From Auanema rhodensis (lineage: Eukaryota > Animalia > Nematoda): DNA of 64,000 nucleotides. A program made the translations under genes and the position numbers. The notes under the pieces are model-generated. The model ran no database searches. It had not been told where the DNA came from and saw nothing but the letters and a program-made list of their open reading frames with translations. Shown in pieces: positions 29,301 through 42,700 of this stretch. Each line of letters opens with the position of its first letter. Within the stretch, counting starts at the first letter, position 1. The stretch lies in contig OZ059894.1 in NCBI GenBank assembly GCA_964057225.1, positions 7,874,001 to 7,938,000 of the forward strand, read 5' to 3'.

Positions 29301-30028
29301 GCAACCTTTCAGCATTCGTTTAAAAATGAAAATGAGTAAATATTAACATATGATGGCAGTGTTTGAGTAATGAAGAAACTGAGGTATGTTTCTTGTTCTC
29401 TGAAGATATTGTACCCTGAGGCATCCGTGAAGAGTCACACTTACTTACATCTGTTCATATCTCTCACATTTCTATGAAACATATTGTTGTAATTATTGAT
29501 ATATATATATATATATATATATATATTCTATATAATATTCATGAAAATTATGAAAAATTTTAAAAGAAAGATTGAATGATTTTAATAATCTGACGATTAA
29601 TGATCAATGAGAATCATATACATCTTAGCATCTTTCATCATCGTTTTCACGCATAAGCTTGACAGCTATCAAAAGGTAAATATAAGAATATCTTATGAGA
29701 GCCTTCTATGATCGTTAAATAGATCGTGATCATCTAGCTCATAAAAATTTGCAATCATTCGACTACTTAGAAAGCGATGATTCGTTATATTTATATCAAA
29801 ATAGGATTGTAAATATGAAGAAAAACACTTTATAAAGACAGGGTAATGATGCCATGGCGACGAAAGCTCTTAGATTTCCAAAATTGTTGGAAAATTATTG
29901 AAACAAGAAAATTGTATAATTAATTCAGGAAGGTTATGTATATAATTATTGTAAGCTAAACTGACCAGTTTGAAAAACTCGTCCTCCAAGAGAGGCAAGT
30001 TGTCGCTCTCCAGCTCAGAAAATGACAT
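2183..30028 (-). CDS. unc-83: UNC-83 KASH-domain outer nuclear membrane protein (nuclear migration; kinesin-1/dynein adaptor), about 1011 aa, 21 coding exons
   Basis: Phase-consistent GT-AG exons, 5'->3': 30028-29966, 28994-28902, 23449-23362, 23311-23222, 23158-23022, 17328-17264, 17046-16899, 9301-9147, 9049-8915, 7571-7390, 7341-7193, 7147-6992, 6941-6794, 6710-6547, 3750-3637, 3570-3478, 3430-3278, 3228-3068, 3019-2747, 2698-2558, 2510-2183 (sum 3036 nt). Peptides matching recalled C. elegans UNC-83: FLENCSSLYNLILDSLH, LQLEIQTEGQ, DAIRKKWHTIYLNSLSL, ESDPELVGPPLKRAR, GYSSGENSIHEALNT, ESFNTKWREI, RKKLRVRRMPRSMSDGE, YEWDDYNPP and C-terminal FGPHLTYVNGPPPL*. Confidence 0.95.
5275..5287 (+). 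repeat. Poly-G tract (G13)
   Basis: 13 consecutive G in an unc-83 intron. Confidence 0.9.
6550..6567 (-). other. unc-83: W-acidic (EWD) kinesin light chain-binding motif YEWDDY in UNC-83
   Basis: Exon 6710-6547 ends ...SDAPVYEWDDYN. EWD/LEWD motifs in KASH proteins bind kinesin light chain TPR domains. Confidence 0.8.
29499..29526. repeat. (AT)n microsatellite
   Basis: 14 AT units. Confidence 0.9.
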
Positions 30029-30552
30029 AGTTGGAAGGGTTGTGGTGAAGACGTATGCGTTGAGGTTTTGAGTTTTGTCCTTTAAAACGGACGTAGAAAC
30101 AATGAAATTAAGCTACCGTAACCACGTGTAGGGCTACTGAGTAGAACAAAGTATCTAAGATGGTATCCAATCGAGGGGATACTGTTGCAATAGATTCAGT
30201 AGAAGGCAAGCATGACCTCTGTGATCCTCCAGGGCAAAGCCGAGACCTCAGAAGAGATGAACCTGGAAAAAAAGATAATGTAAAACGAAAAATTAATAAG
30301 TATAATAAGCAAATATATTATAAGATAAATGTAAAAATGTAAAAAATATATATAAACAAAAGATTTGCCTGCTCTAGAATAATGCTGGAAAAGTTGGCAA
30401 CAATCAATTGACGGTTGAAAAAAAGTAAAAAGAATATCAGAATAATTAGATTATAATAAGAAATTTGAAAAATAAATTATTCAATTATTTTTCACCTCAT
30501 ATAGCTTAGTTATTGCATGTTTGACAGTTGAAAGTCATGATTAGCTAGTTTC

Positions 30553-30609
30553 TTCTTCCATACTATTCCTCTCAACTTTTTTTCTTTCTTCCATACTATC
30601 TCTCAACTT
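30553..30609. repeat. Imperfect tandem duplication of about 25 nt
   Basis: TTCTTCCATACTATTCCTCTCAACTT (30553-30578) and TTCTTCCATACTATCTCTCAACTT (30586-30609). Confidence 0.8.
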
Positions 30610-33600
30610 CATCCATTAACAGGCAATTAGATGCTGATCAACAGAACATTTACGAAAAGTACAATTGGACTATTATGGAAATCTGGTGATAAGTTGATTT
30701 TCTTTCTTTTTTTTTCGACCAACACTGGGCTAGAAAATGAGAAAAAAAAAGTTTTCGAATCATTAAATCAAGCCAAAGCCAAAATCTGAATGTAATCGGG
30801 GAACGAATAGCAATGTTCAAATTGCTAAATAAAATAACAAAAAAAGTCATCATGAATACATGAAATGGTTAATACTTTCTCTTCGACCATTTACATGTGG
30901 CTTGCCCAGAACAATATCCGTTTTTAGATTCACTTTTGTTGTGAATCTGTTAAAGAAATAAATGGAAAATACGTTTTTGCTACTTAGTCCATTTAGATTT
31001 ACAATAGACAATTTCATTTTCCATTTACAACTTTTTGTCATTACATTCTAGTATTGAAACAGCTAGGAAAAGACGCAAAGCATGATGTATTCAATCAATA
31101 TTGTACTATCAAAAGCTTGAATGTAAAGTTACTTTACAAACTTTCTCTCATGAAATCTATCAAATCTTCTCAATTTTAATCAAAAAAAGATATACTGCTA
31201 GTTCATCGCATGTTTATCTATAGCTATATATCTTCAAATGAATAATGAACAATATGCTGAGAAAGTATTTGTGAGGATTAAAAAACGTTTTTTCCAAGCA
31301 TTTTGGTGATTTTACAATGAAATGATAAATGAACTTCGCTGGCAGATCTGAGTGTAGTATAGTCAGCCTTTGATTTATTTCTCTCGAAAAGTTTTTTCAT
31401 CCATTGGCCTAGATTAAGGTGCAAAAGGTGAAGGCACTGACTCGCAGCTTATTTCCTTCACCTGATCAAAGCCGATAGCCGAAAGTAGATGGCTGACTAA
31501 AGAGATTTCACAGAAGATGGTGATGAGAAAGGGACAAGTAGAGAATAGAAAGATATAAAGGATAGGAAGTAGTGAGAGAAAACTTAAAGAAGAAAACGAG
31601 GGCAAGTGGTCAAAGAGACGAGATTCGTGAAGCACTTTTTCTCTTTTTTCTCTCATTATCTTTCTCTTGCCAAAACCATACTGATTCAGTTATCTCTAAC
31701 TATCTTTTCTCTACATTCTATTATCAAAGAAAGTATTGCAGAAACACATATCTGTATGATGAATTAAGGCAAGTAGATAGTGGATGAGATTGGATTTAAG
31801 AAAGAGAAAAAAAAATCAAAAAATGGATGATGTCCGAGCATTGAGCACACAACAGTTGTTACAAGATCTAAGACCATATTTCCGATTTCTTAACAAAGCT
31901 AAATGAGGTAGGAAATGATGAATGATATACAAAGATACAATCACAATAAATTTTCAATGCTCGATCGTTTTCTGAGAAACAACAGTAGTGCAGGGGGTAG
32001 AGACGCATCTACATGGGAAATGAAAGATGAAAAATCGAGCAATAACTTCATCTGATTAAATCTAAAAGAAATATTCAGAAGAGCATGATAATGATAACGA
32101 CAAAGATATTTTTAGAGCATCGAATAAGATGAAATATAGAAAATGATTCATGAAAAGCAAAGAGAGTTAAGATGAATTCATAACATGACATGGTCTATAA
32201 GCGGAAAATAACAAAAATAAAATAAAAAAATTGAAAGTAAGACGAAATGTAAGCAACATTAAGAAAAAAAATCAAAAAATGTGCATAGATCGAGACAAAT
32301 CATCAGATTTTCTTGAAACGAAAAGATTAAAATTCTATATAAGAATGTGAATATTCATTGACAAAGTGACGATTCAAGATAATGTTCACAACATACAAAA
32401 AACTGAAGCAAAAAAAAACAAGAATAATGTGAATGATGTCCGAAAAGCCTTTAAAACTCAACAACAAATTAGTAAAGTCTTGGGAGGGCTTTATCGGCAT
32501 AAAGATTATCAACAACTGGCTACTCATAACGGCTCTTTCAGCCATTTTTTTCTTCTTCTAATAAAAATATTTGTCTGGACACCAATCAAACTGATGAGAA
32601 TGTAATGACGAAGAATTTGTACGAGGTGTTCACTACAAAGCAGATTGGAAGAGAGCAGATGTTAAGAAGGAATGGATAATGAAGAAACTGGAGTTCAAGG
32701 GAAAATTAGTTTTCATAGAAAAATATGTCTGAAGTAAGAAACTAGTGAGATACGAAAATAGAAATGATTGAACTATATCATCTGTTCCTCTTCAGATTGG
32801 GATAGAAATGAGAGAGCACAAAGCGATGAATCTGTTTCAGCAGAGTATAAGAAAAGTTACAGGATTAATTAAGTGAATTGACAAAAATTTAAAGAAAAAA
32901 ATCACAAAAGAGCTAAAGCTTAAACAAGAAAAATGGCCTTCCAATGTCTCACAACGTTTACACACAATTACGACGAACGATTCCGATTAGACCGAGAGAT
33001 AATCGGAAAAACGTTGAAAGTCAGAGAGAAGTACAGACAAAAGACCAAACGTATGCTGGCTAGAGAGATAGGGAGAGAAATAGAAGAAAATGAAATGGTT
33101 CATCTAGCAAGGCATTTCACGCCACGAATAGAGTGGCAGCTAAAAAGATGCTGGCAGATAGCCAACAAAGAAAAGGTGAAAAAAAAAGAAACTGTGAAAT
33201 TGAAATGTGTTATCTTGACTGAAAATCGTTTTTGTTAGAAGATGGCAGCAAAACAAACATGATGGTCAGCTGGCTGTATATAGAAGGAGTAGATACATAA
33301 ATATCTGAGGTCAGGTGAGGAAAATAGACGATGAATAGATACGATTCACGGTAATGTATTAGAGAATTTGCCGACAGCATGGTGGATGGCACATGATGAC
33401 AAGTTGAACTGATTGGCAGCATTCACCTGGCGGACGACTATCTCTGTTCATAAAGCAGCAACAATAGCAGCAGTTTGATAAAAATCAGTATAAAGACGAT
33501 GGGAATTTGTAAACCAAATAGTAGGAAATAGTCTGTTATCTGGTAGACGAATTCAGAGAAAAGTTTGCTTTTAGGTTGAATATAGTACATGTTCTCAAGA

Positions 33601-36303
33601 GTTGTTCACATAAGTTATAAGAAAAGTAAACTATATAATATATATTAGCTGTACACAAGATATGTACGGGAAATATATGAAGAATATGAAAAATATGAAT
33701 TGAAATATGTTAAAATATGAAGAAGAAGATAAAGATGATGAAGAAGGAGAAGAAGAAGAAGAAGGAAAGAAGATGTTGGATGTTGTTGTTGATAATGAGA
33801 GAAAGGAGAACATAACAGAAGAAACAGTTTCTTTTCAATACTCAGAAAAGAAATATAAAATGAAAAGGAGCATATGTACACATATGTATGTATATGTACA
33901 TGAGAGGAGATGGAACATCAATTGGTTGCCTTTTGGCACAAAAATACATCTAATATTATTGGAATATTCTCTTAAAGACTGTATACAACTGAATAAATGA
34001 AAAATAGCATTGATATGTATATAGTTATAAGTAATTATTAAAATTATATAAAATATAAAATATTTCTTCTTTTTGAATAGTTGAGCAGATAAAAATGTAC
34101 TATGAAAATGAAAACGAAGAATAGGAATACGAAGAGAGGATGACAGTTCGAATACGAGGATGATACTAAGCATTAGTTGCGTAAAACAATGAGATGAATC
34201 AGGATGTCGACATAGACGGATGAAGGTGACAAAGACAATTCTATTCGTACTACTACGAATGCAGAGAACACATTTTCAGGAAGATTGTGCTGGACAACAC
34301 TTCTTGTTTATATGTTTATTTACTCTTTTTTTTACCGAAAAAATCATGCTTTGTCTTTAATATTTCAATGCGATTGAGAGAGAAAAACATGAATATAATA
34401 ATAATAATTAATTGCAGTAGAAAATAAGAATAAATGAAGAGGACTCTGGAGACAAAGGAGACTACATGAGAAGTCGGTAAAACTGCGCAAAAAGAAGAGC
34501 AGGAAAGGTCAATTGATGTCAAAAGCTGTGTCTATGACTGTGTTTACACGCTTTTTTCTAATAGAATGAATAGTTAACGAATTGGAAAAATATAGTTAAG
34601 ATGTAGAGAAAAAAAATGAAAATATTGATTCAATTTGGTATGTGTTGTTTAATAAACGCTTATTTGATTGAGGAGGTTGAAAAGATGCTGCTAAACTATC
34701 AGTTAGAATAGAGAAAAAAAAGGAAGGTAATAGAAGAATAATGAAATATACTGTGATTGTGTGAGACAAAAAAGAAATATACGAAAATTGCGAAGCAGGA
34801 CTATGCAGACAGTTATAGAGGACATATACGAGGAGGAACAAGAGAAAAAAAGGAGAATCAGAAGAGAGACAGGACAGAGAGAGAGAGAGAGACAGAGAGA
34901 AAGAGAGAAAAAAAAAGAGTTGGAGTTGAAGAATATTTGATGGTGATGGTAGTAGAAATAGATAGTGAATGTGAGTAGTTGGACAACAGCATAGGAGTGT
35001 TCTCACGTCAGCCTGGCACAAGGCCAGCCATTTTGAATTTGTCAGAAAAGCGCCAAGTCGGCAGTGACTGGTCTGGGTAGACAGGTGAGCTTGACTGAAC
35101 CATCGTAATTTATCTTAGAGACTGCTGGTCACTCGTTTTCTGTATGTCTTTTCAGTCTCTAAAGCAATCATGCTATTTCTCACAGATCGCTTTTTGTCTT
35201 TAATTTGCCGTCATTTTCTCATAATTTTTGTGTTATTGAATAAGCTAAGAAACAGCAGGCACTAGCTATAATAGGCAATAATAGAGTAAAATGCATGAAA
35301 TGAGATTAAAATAAAAATATGATAAGACTAATAAAATTATTAATTAGATAGATAATTCAGTAATGTATGTGCCAATGTATAATGAGTCAAGAAAAAATCG
35401 ATTAAAACAGGCTGAAACTGAATCAAAACTTGTCAAACAAAAGTTTTAAGAGTATAAAAAAAAATATGTGAAAAATGAAGAAAAATATCGTATGCATAGT
35501 ATATAATTAAATTTATAAAAATCTAGTTTATCTAAGTGGACAGACTGATTGAACTTGCAAATAACGTTTTTGTGAAACAAAAACGTCGAAGTTAAGTTCA
35601 AAATTAAAAAATATAAATAAAAAAAATATTTTGAAGATAAGTAACCAACCGTTCCATAGTAAAATAAAATTAAAAATGATTGTATCAAGCAGTTTGCATT
35701 GTTCACGTAATCAACGTGAAATTAATCAATTAGTTAAGAATATGGAGTTTCAGTGTTCAAATGGTGAAAAAAAAAGAAAAATGAGAGAAATAAGAAGTTG
35801 AATTGAATTGAAAATTAATTTGTTAATAGTTGCATTAACACAAAAATCTGATCTTTTCACGTATTAATTCTGATCTGAATTGTTTAGTATACAGCTGAAT
35901 ATACATAACATGGATGAATGTCATTCATCAATGATATCCTTTCTTTTGAACTAAAATATTATAATTTAATAATATTTAACGATATGTGAATATACATAAG
36001 AAATTATTTGAAGACAAAAATTTATAAAAATTAAGTTATATTATATGATTTATAAAATAAATAATATTTATTGAAGCATTATATAGAGACTAGACAACAA
36101 GCAAGAATATAGCGATGATGCAAAAGAAGCGAATGTCCGCAAAAAAAATCCAAATTGTCAGAGAAAACTGGTGTGTTTGGTAGTTGTTACCCTTGTCCGA
36201 TTTCAGACGCTATTCTTGAAAGCTGAGTATCATTACTCGACAAACTTAATCATTCAATGAAATATTTGAATGAGAATATAATCAGTATAATAATAATTAA
36301 ATA

Positions 36304-36321
36304 AAATAATAATAATAATAA

Positions 36322-36339
<18 letters not shown>
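36304..36339. repeat. Perfect 36-bp AT palindrome, (AAT)n abutting (ATT)n
   Basis: AAATAATAATAATAATAA|TTATTATTATTATTATTT with no spacer. Confidence 0.85.
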
Positions 36340-36352
<13 letters not shown>

Positions 36353-36690
36353 TTTGAAATATTATGAATATATTTTAATTTAATTATTCAAATTAATTAA
36401 TTTATAACTAAAGAAAGAGAAAAAATGATTTGGAGTCGTAAATGTTATTGTTTTGAGAAAAAAGAGAATATTTTTTGTCTTGATTTCATGAAGATATTGG
36501 AAATCAAGTAAACAATATGATCTCAAACACATGTATGTACATACATGTGTCTAGAACTGTCAGTAAAGTGAAAAATTCCAGAAAAAAACAATACAGAATC
36601 ACAACACGAAAAATTAAAAGTAAACAGAATAATTTGATTATAATATAATGGCAAAGTTTTTTGTATATAAAAAGTTATTGTTATACATGT

Positions 36691-36703
36691 AGAGAGAGAG
36701 AGA

Positions 36704-36750
<47 letters not shown>
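36691..36750 (+). repeat. (AG)n microsatellite
   Basis: About 30 AG units with one interruption. Confidence 0.95.
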
Positions 36751-36754
<4 letters not shown>

Positions 36755-39700
36755 TAGAATGATCGACAAGGTGACAATTTTGAAGAAAAAATTGAATATT
36801 GAAACTGTGAAAGATGAACACAAAAGTATTGAACACCGCTAAAGATAATGATTGTTAAGTTGATGATGATGATGCTCCATCCGTTTTTTTTCTTTTTTTT
36901 TCTCATAAAAGGATTTGAAACGTTAATTAATTAGCTATCTCATCAATCATCAATACACGATAGACTATGGTTAAAGCAAAGTCTTAAAGACGAAGAAACA
37001 TGACATAGAGAGAGAGAAAAAATAAATGAACATTGTGAATATAAAGAGATCAATCAGGCGACGACAAGAGAAATTGACGAGAATTGGTCATATCTGGCAG
37101 TAGATCGGATAAGCAGAACTAAACATTGTCCTGTAGAGGAAGAAGAGGGATGCGAGATCAATTGCAGGTTTCAACTATATGAAAAGATACCTAGAGAGTA
37201 TATACATATCAGAGAGGGATAGAGAGGAATGACAAAGTAATTTCAAGTGAAACTATGTAAAAGGTTAATATGAATAGATAGCATTGAAGTTATAAATCTA
37301 TAAATGAGTATGAGCTCAAAAGAATATAAATTCGAATCTTCATGTAAATCAAATAGTTGAACGCTATTTGAGATCAAAAACTCTATGACTTTAGTTTTCA
37401 ACGAAAAAAATTAACAAAAACGACATGAAGAAGGACGTGTTTTCAAAGTTGGAACTAATCAGATTTTTTTTAAGAAAAGAAAGAAATGGTGATGTGAATT
37501 GACAGATTTAGAATGAGACTGTGAATAAGGACAGTTGATCCTATATATCAGATAACTAGACTGTCTGATTTTCTTGATTTGTTAATAGTTTTAGAGAATC
37601 AATAAGGTGATAGTTTAAAAAAATATGGCATAGTGCCAGTAAAGGGCATAAAGAAGAGAAGATCGTGAAACTTGCACAGCATGATTGGATAATGTTTTCT
37701 GTCAAAAAAATATTATTTTTGTTCAAATAGACATCAAAAATGGTAAAGAGATGTAGTTTTGAAATTGGAATTGGAATTGGAGACAATTAGAGAAATAGAG
37801 GATGAGTTCCGTGGACGGTAACGACGGACGTATTAAAGGGATTGCTGAGAGATATGGAAAATGGTGGGTGCGTGAGTTGTAAAAACGAACTTAGACGATT
37901 GGAATGGTCATTTAATGATCATGAAAAGAAGAATTAAAGGTTCAATAGCATCTTGGCATTGATGTTAATGATGATGAAGAGGATAGACGGACGGAAAAAT
38001 AGAAATCAATGTCAGTGCTTCTTGCTGGTTTTCTGGACAGGGTTTGATAAAATGCAAAGAAGGATTAGATGACGAAGAGGTTGGTGAAAGGTGACCGGAG
38101 AGGTTGATCATGGTCATGATGAGGTTGATGATGATGAGGAAAAATTTTAAATTAGATGAGGAGACTGTGCAAATGATGGAGTGGCCTGATGAGAGATGCT
38201 ATGAAAATTACTGAGAAATTTAGAGAACAGAGCGATATCTAATACAGGACATCGAAAACAAGAGACTGAAAATAAAGAACAAGAGCATAAATGAATTAAT
38301 AAAACTAGAGAGAGAATTATGAGAAACAAAGTTCGGAGAATAAGTGGGAGAGAAGGCGAAAGGTTAAAAGAGAAATGTAGAGAGACAAGGAACGCTGGTA
38401 TAGAAGATAGAAAAGTAGAAGCATTATGCTGATGATAATATTCAAGGAGGAAACAGAAAGAGCAGAAGAAGAAAATAACGATGAGCAAGAAATAACTAAT
38501 GAAATATAGAATAAAGAGAAAGGGAATAGACGAGGAAATGTAGAAATAGAAGAGCTATAATGAAAAGAGAGAGAGGGAGAAAAAGAGAAAGTGAGAGAAG
38601 GAGAGAGAGAGAGATAAAGAAATGGAGCACCGAACGTCTACAATAGCCAACGACAAACATCGAAGCTGCTTTGGTGACTGTCTTTCTTCTATGTCTCAAT
38701 CTTTCCTTCTCTCTCTCTCTCTCTCTCTCTCTCGCTAGCGAAACTTTCTGCCCTGTAATTGCTGTTGCTGTTGGTCAAGTTCATCATCTGAAGCGTCAAT
38801 CGACAATCATTCTCGTTTCGAAAAACATTTGTAAAGACAAGCTATCACTTCAACCATGAGTTTAAATACATCTTCATAATAAACACAAAGTTTTCTGAAT
38901 TATCTCAATTTCCCTCACAACAATTTGTAGAGAAAGCAAGACAGGAAATTAGAGAAATTCGATGTTAATTTCGGAATAAACTGTCTGAAATACGGAGCTG
39001 TCAACTCCTGAAAAGAAGTATGGTAAAAGCTTCAAAGAAAAGATTTAGAAATCAACATTGGGATATCTGCATGCTGTTTCTGGGCAAGCAAAGCCACATG
39101 ACTGAATGAAGCGGAAAGAAGGCGATCAGTATAGTAAGTCTGTATATGCGTGAAAATAAATAAATTCAATAGAAGATCACTTAATTTAATATGGAAAAGG
39201 CTGAAATCTTCTAAAAAATTAAAAAAAAAGGTTATTTGAAGGAATTTATTACTTATACTATATAATTATAACTGATTAGATTAAGTAATAGGAAAAAAAT
39301 AAGGTTATAATGAACTTTAAGAGTAAAATCATAGCCATGTTATAGATCAGACGTTGAAAATACATAATTGAAGAAGAATTTAAAAGTTGTTTTTAAGAAA
39401 ATAAATTGAAATAAAAAGTAAATTAATTTTAAAAATAGTTAAATAATATTGAAAGTATAGAGATAGAAATATATAATTATATAGACACACGTATAAACTA
39501 AAGTCAAATGAAAAGTATAAAATAATAAAATATATATTATAAATATATATTTACCATATATAGTAAAATATAAAAATAAAATCGATATATGAACTATATT
39601 AGTGTTTAATGACATCAAGTGATTAGCTAGACACAAAAGTAATAAGTTGATATAGAATATGGATTGTATTAGCTATATGTATAGCTAGTTCATCACATGA

Positions 39701-42700
39701 AATTACAGACATTCAATATATAATACGAAAAAAAGGGAAAATAATTGATTCATATCTAGTTATACGGATGATTAAGCTAATGAATATGGAAGAGAACTAT
39801 GTCAGAAATCAACATTTCAAACTTTTTTTTTTGGAAAAAGGCTTCGTCTCCTTTCTTATCAAATCTTGGCCGAGATCAGCCATAATTTTACAGATCACGT
39901 TTCAGAATATTATATGAACGATATAATCAGTATTATAACTAGTGTAAGCGAGGACGATTATGACGATAGGCAGGCTAGGCAACAAGGATGTTGAAAGCCT
40001 GTCCAGCTGAATCTTCATCGTTGTCAGCTTTTACCTTGGTCATCACTGCTTGTAGCCTCTGCATCAATATTCATTCGCTTTCCTTCTATACAACTATCTG
40101 AATATGATGATAATTGATTTCGTCATTCTTCTCTCTTATGGTAGCTCATTGTCTACTTTCTCAAAAGACTCATTCTCTTCACTCTCTACCATCAGTCTTT
40201 TCCTCCAAATGCATCATTTGCTGTCTGTGAACACAGATATCAAGTGGTCCGTTTTGTGAATTGGCCACAGAGAGGTTCTTTAGGTAATTCTCAAACAACT
40301 TTTCAAGTACAAAATTCTGCACAAGAGATATCATGCTGGACGAGAAACACTTATTGTTCAAACGTTTTTCGTCGCAGGTAAAGTCAAAAAATGTTTGACA
40401 AGTGCAAAAAAAGAATAAAACAAGTGGGGTTAATGCATAAAAAGTTTTTAAACATGTACAACTCGAAAGAATTACAGTGAATTGGCCAAAATAAAGTTTT
40501 CAATTTGATGAAATAAAGAAAAAAACTTAGAATAATTGAGAAATAATTATGTATAACATATAGAAAACAAATAATATAATAAGAATATAAGAGGTGAAAT
40601 GACAGCAAAAAACGAGAAACTTTTCTTAAAGATGGACAACAGAAATGTGATATATGATCAACACTTCAGTTAAAGAGCTAGAAACTTTTAAAACAAATAA
40701 ATGAGCATTGGCACCTCGATAACCTCTTATGGAGAATAGAGAAGAACCTAATGAGAAAAAGAAATGTAAATAGAAGAAAAAACATTCAAATAGTACAGAT
40801 CATTCAATAGGTCATATGAATAAGTTTCACACATTTTGAACGAATACATCAAATTCTGATTGAGAAATATATAGGTAACTATTTGATGTTTAACCATATA
40901 AAAGAAGAAGTGAGAGAAAGTATGCATAAAGCTTGTATATGCTTATACGGGTACATAACGAAATAGTATATACTATATGTATATCGTTATGTATAGAAGA
41001 TATTAAAATTAAAGATGATTTGTAAACTATTTCACCTTCCTTCTTCATCTTTTCACGTTACTTGTAATAAGTTTAGACAATCTTACATCAGCGTCTTCAC
41101 ATCAGACAATACTACAACAAAGAAATAACAAAATCATTACAAAGAGAGCGGGAGTTTTGAATTTTTTTATCTATTAACATGGAATTAGAAAATTGATAAG
41201 AACATCATAATACGACGTTTGAAATAAAATATTTATAAATACCATTTGATAGGTTGTGATCGAAACTTTCAAAAAAAAAAAAAGAATCATAGTTCAACAA
41301 TCATTAGAAATTATAAAGAAAGCTTTAACTATAAAATAGACGCAAGCCTACTTTTTATTTGGAAATAAAAAGGTTTTTGTTCATAAAATATTCATTCAAA
41401 TAAACCAATATTAATAAATAATTTTTGAACAAACTAATAGCTTTAATAATGTTATATAATTCAAATAAAGTTCGGAACTCTTTCACGTATGACACGTGAA
41501 AGTTATTTGAATGTGCTGGCTCATAAATAGCGGTTGTATATTAGATTAGATTAATATAGAATATTTTTAAAATTATTTTTTTTCAATATATCACCTAAGA
41601 AAGATCGAAATAAACTTAGAAATTTGAATTTCGTTGGAAATAATATAATAATTGAAAAAAGGTGTGCGTGGTAGTGATAGGGGGTGGAGGGTCGGGGTGA
41701 GAGAAGCAAGTCTCAATCCCATATCATCATCCGCTGTGAACAAGAGAACGATAAAGACTATGGCTCGTGAAGTGTGTAGATGGAACAGCTGTGGTCGAAC
41801 AAGCCTGAGGCTAGTTAGGCCTGTTCAATATGCTCTGAGAAAGAGGAAGATTAGATGAAATATTCAGAACACCTTAGCAGAGAGCACTTTAGAAGTATGA
41901 ACCCCCAGATGAAATATACAGATATGAATAAGAGAGTAGCAGAGTGAGAAGAAGAAGAATTGAGATTGAACGAATAAATGTTAGAAGGGAAGGCTCAAAT
42001 AGATTAGATATATGAAGAAAATCTGTCAAACGTGGAGAATCATGATATGAAAGATGATGAGTTTCAGCAGCTATCATACTATGACATCATCATTCGTATA
42101 ATAAAAATGAGTTGATGATATTCTGAATGTTAAAGATATTTAAAATAAGAAGAAATTGAATAAGATTCACTATATAGTTTATAAAATGAAATATTATTTT
42201 CTTAATCAATTCAAAGGAAAAAGGAAACATGAAATGAAAAGAAACATATTAAAGAGAAAAAAACTAATTATAATTCAATATCATATTATCAATGAATATA
42301 CATATTGTTATGATATTTTATGCGTGTAAAACAAGTTCTATGTACGTTTTCCGTTGTCTGTCCTCGTTTTTTTCGTCTGGTTCTTCAGGTATAATAAGAA
42401 AATAAATCAACAATGATGACAGGATGTATGGTAAAGTGTAGCATTGACAACACTAAACTATATGTATATTCATAAATATTTTTGATGAAATGAAAAGACG
42501 ATAGCACATACGGCTTTAGCATGATGAAAAGATGAAAAAAATGAAAAAAAAATAGAAAAGTCAAAGGTTTATAGAGAATTGAAAAGAAATATGAATAGAA
42601 TAAATCTATAGATTATAGTTTTCCAATCATATAAGAAGTAAAATCTTGATGTTTACATACAAAACATAAAAAAGAAATGTCAGAAATTGAAAATAAGTTT

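Noticed and set aside
33707-34000. Acidic ORF MLKYEEEDKDDEEGEEEE...
   Set aside because: Produced by a GAA/GAT trinucleotide-like tract, with no gene structure around it.
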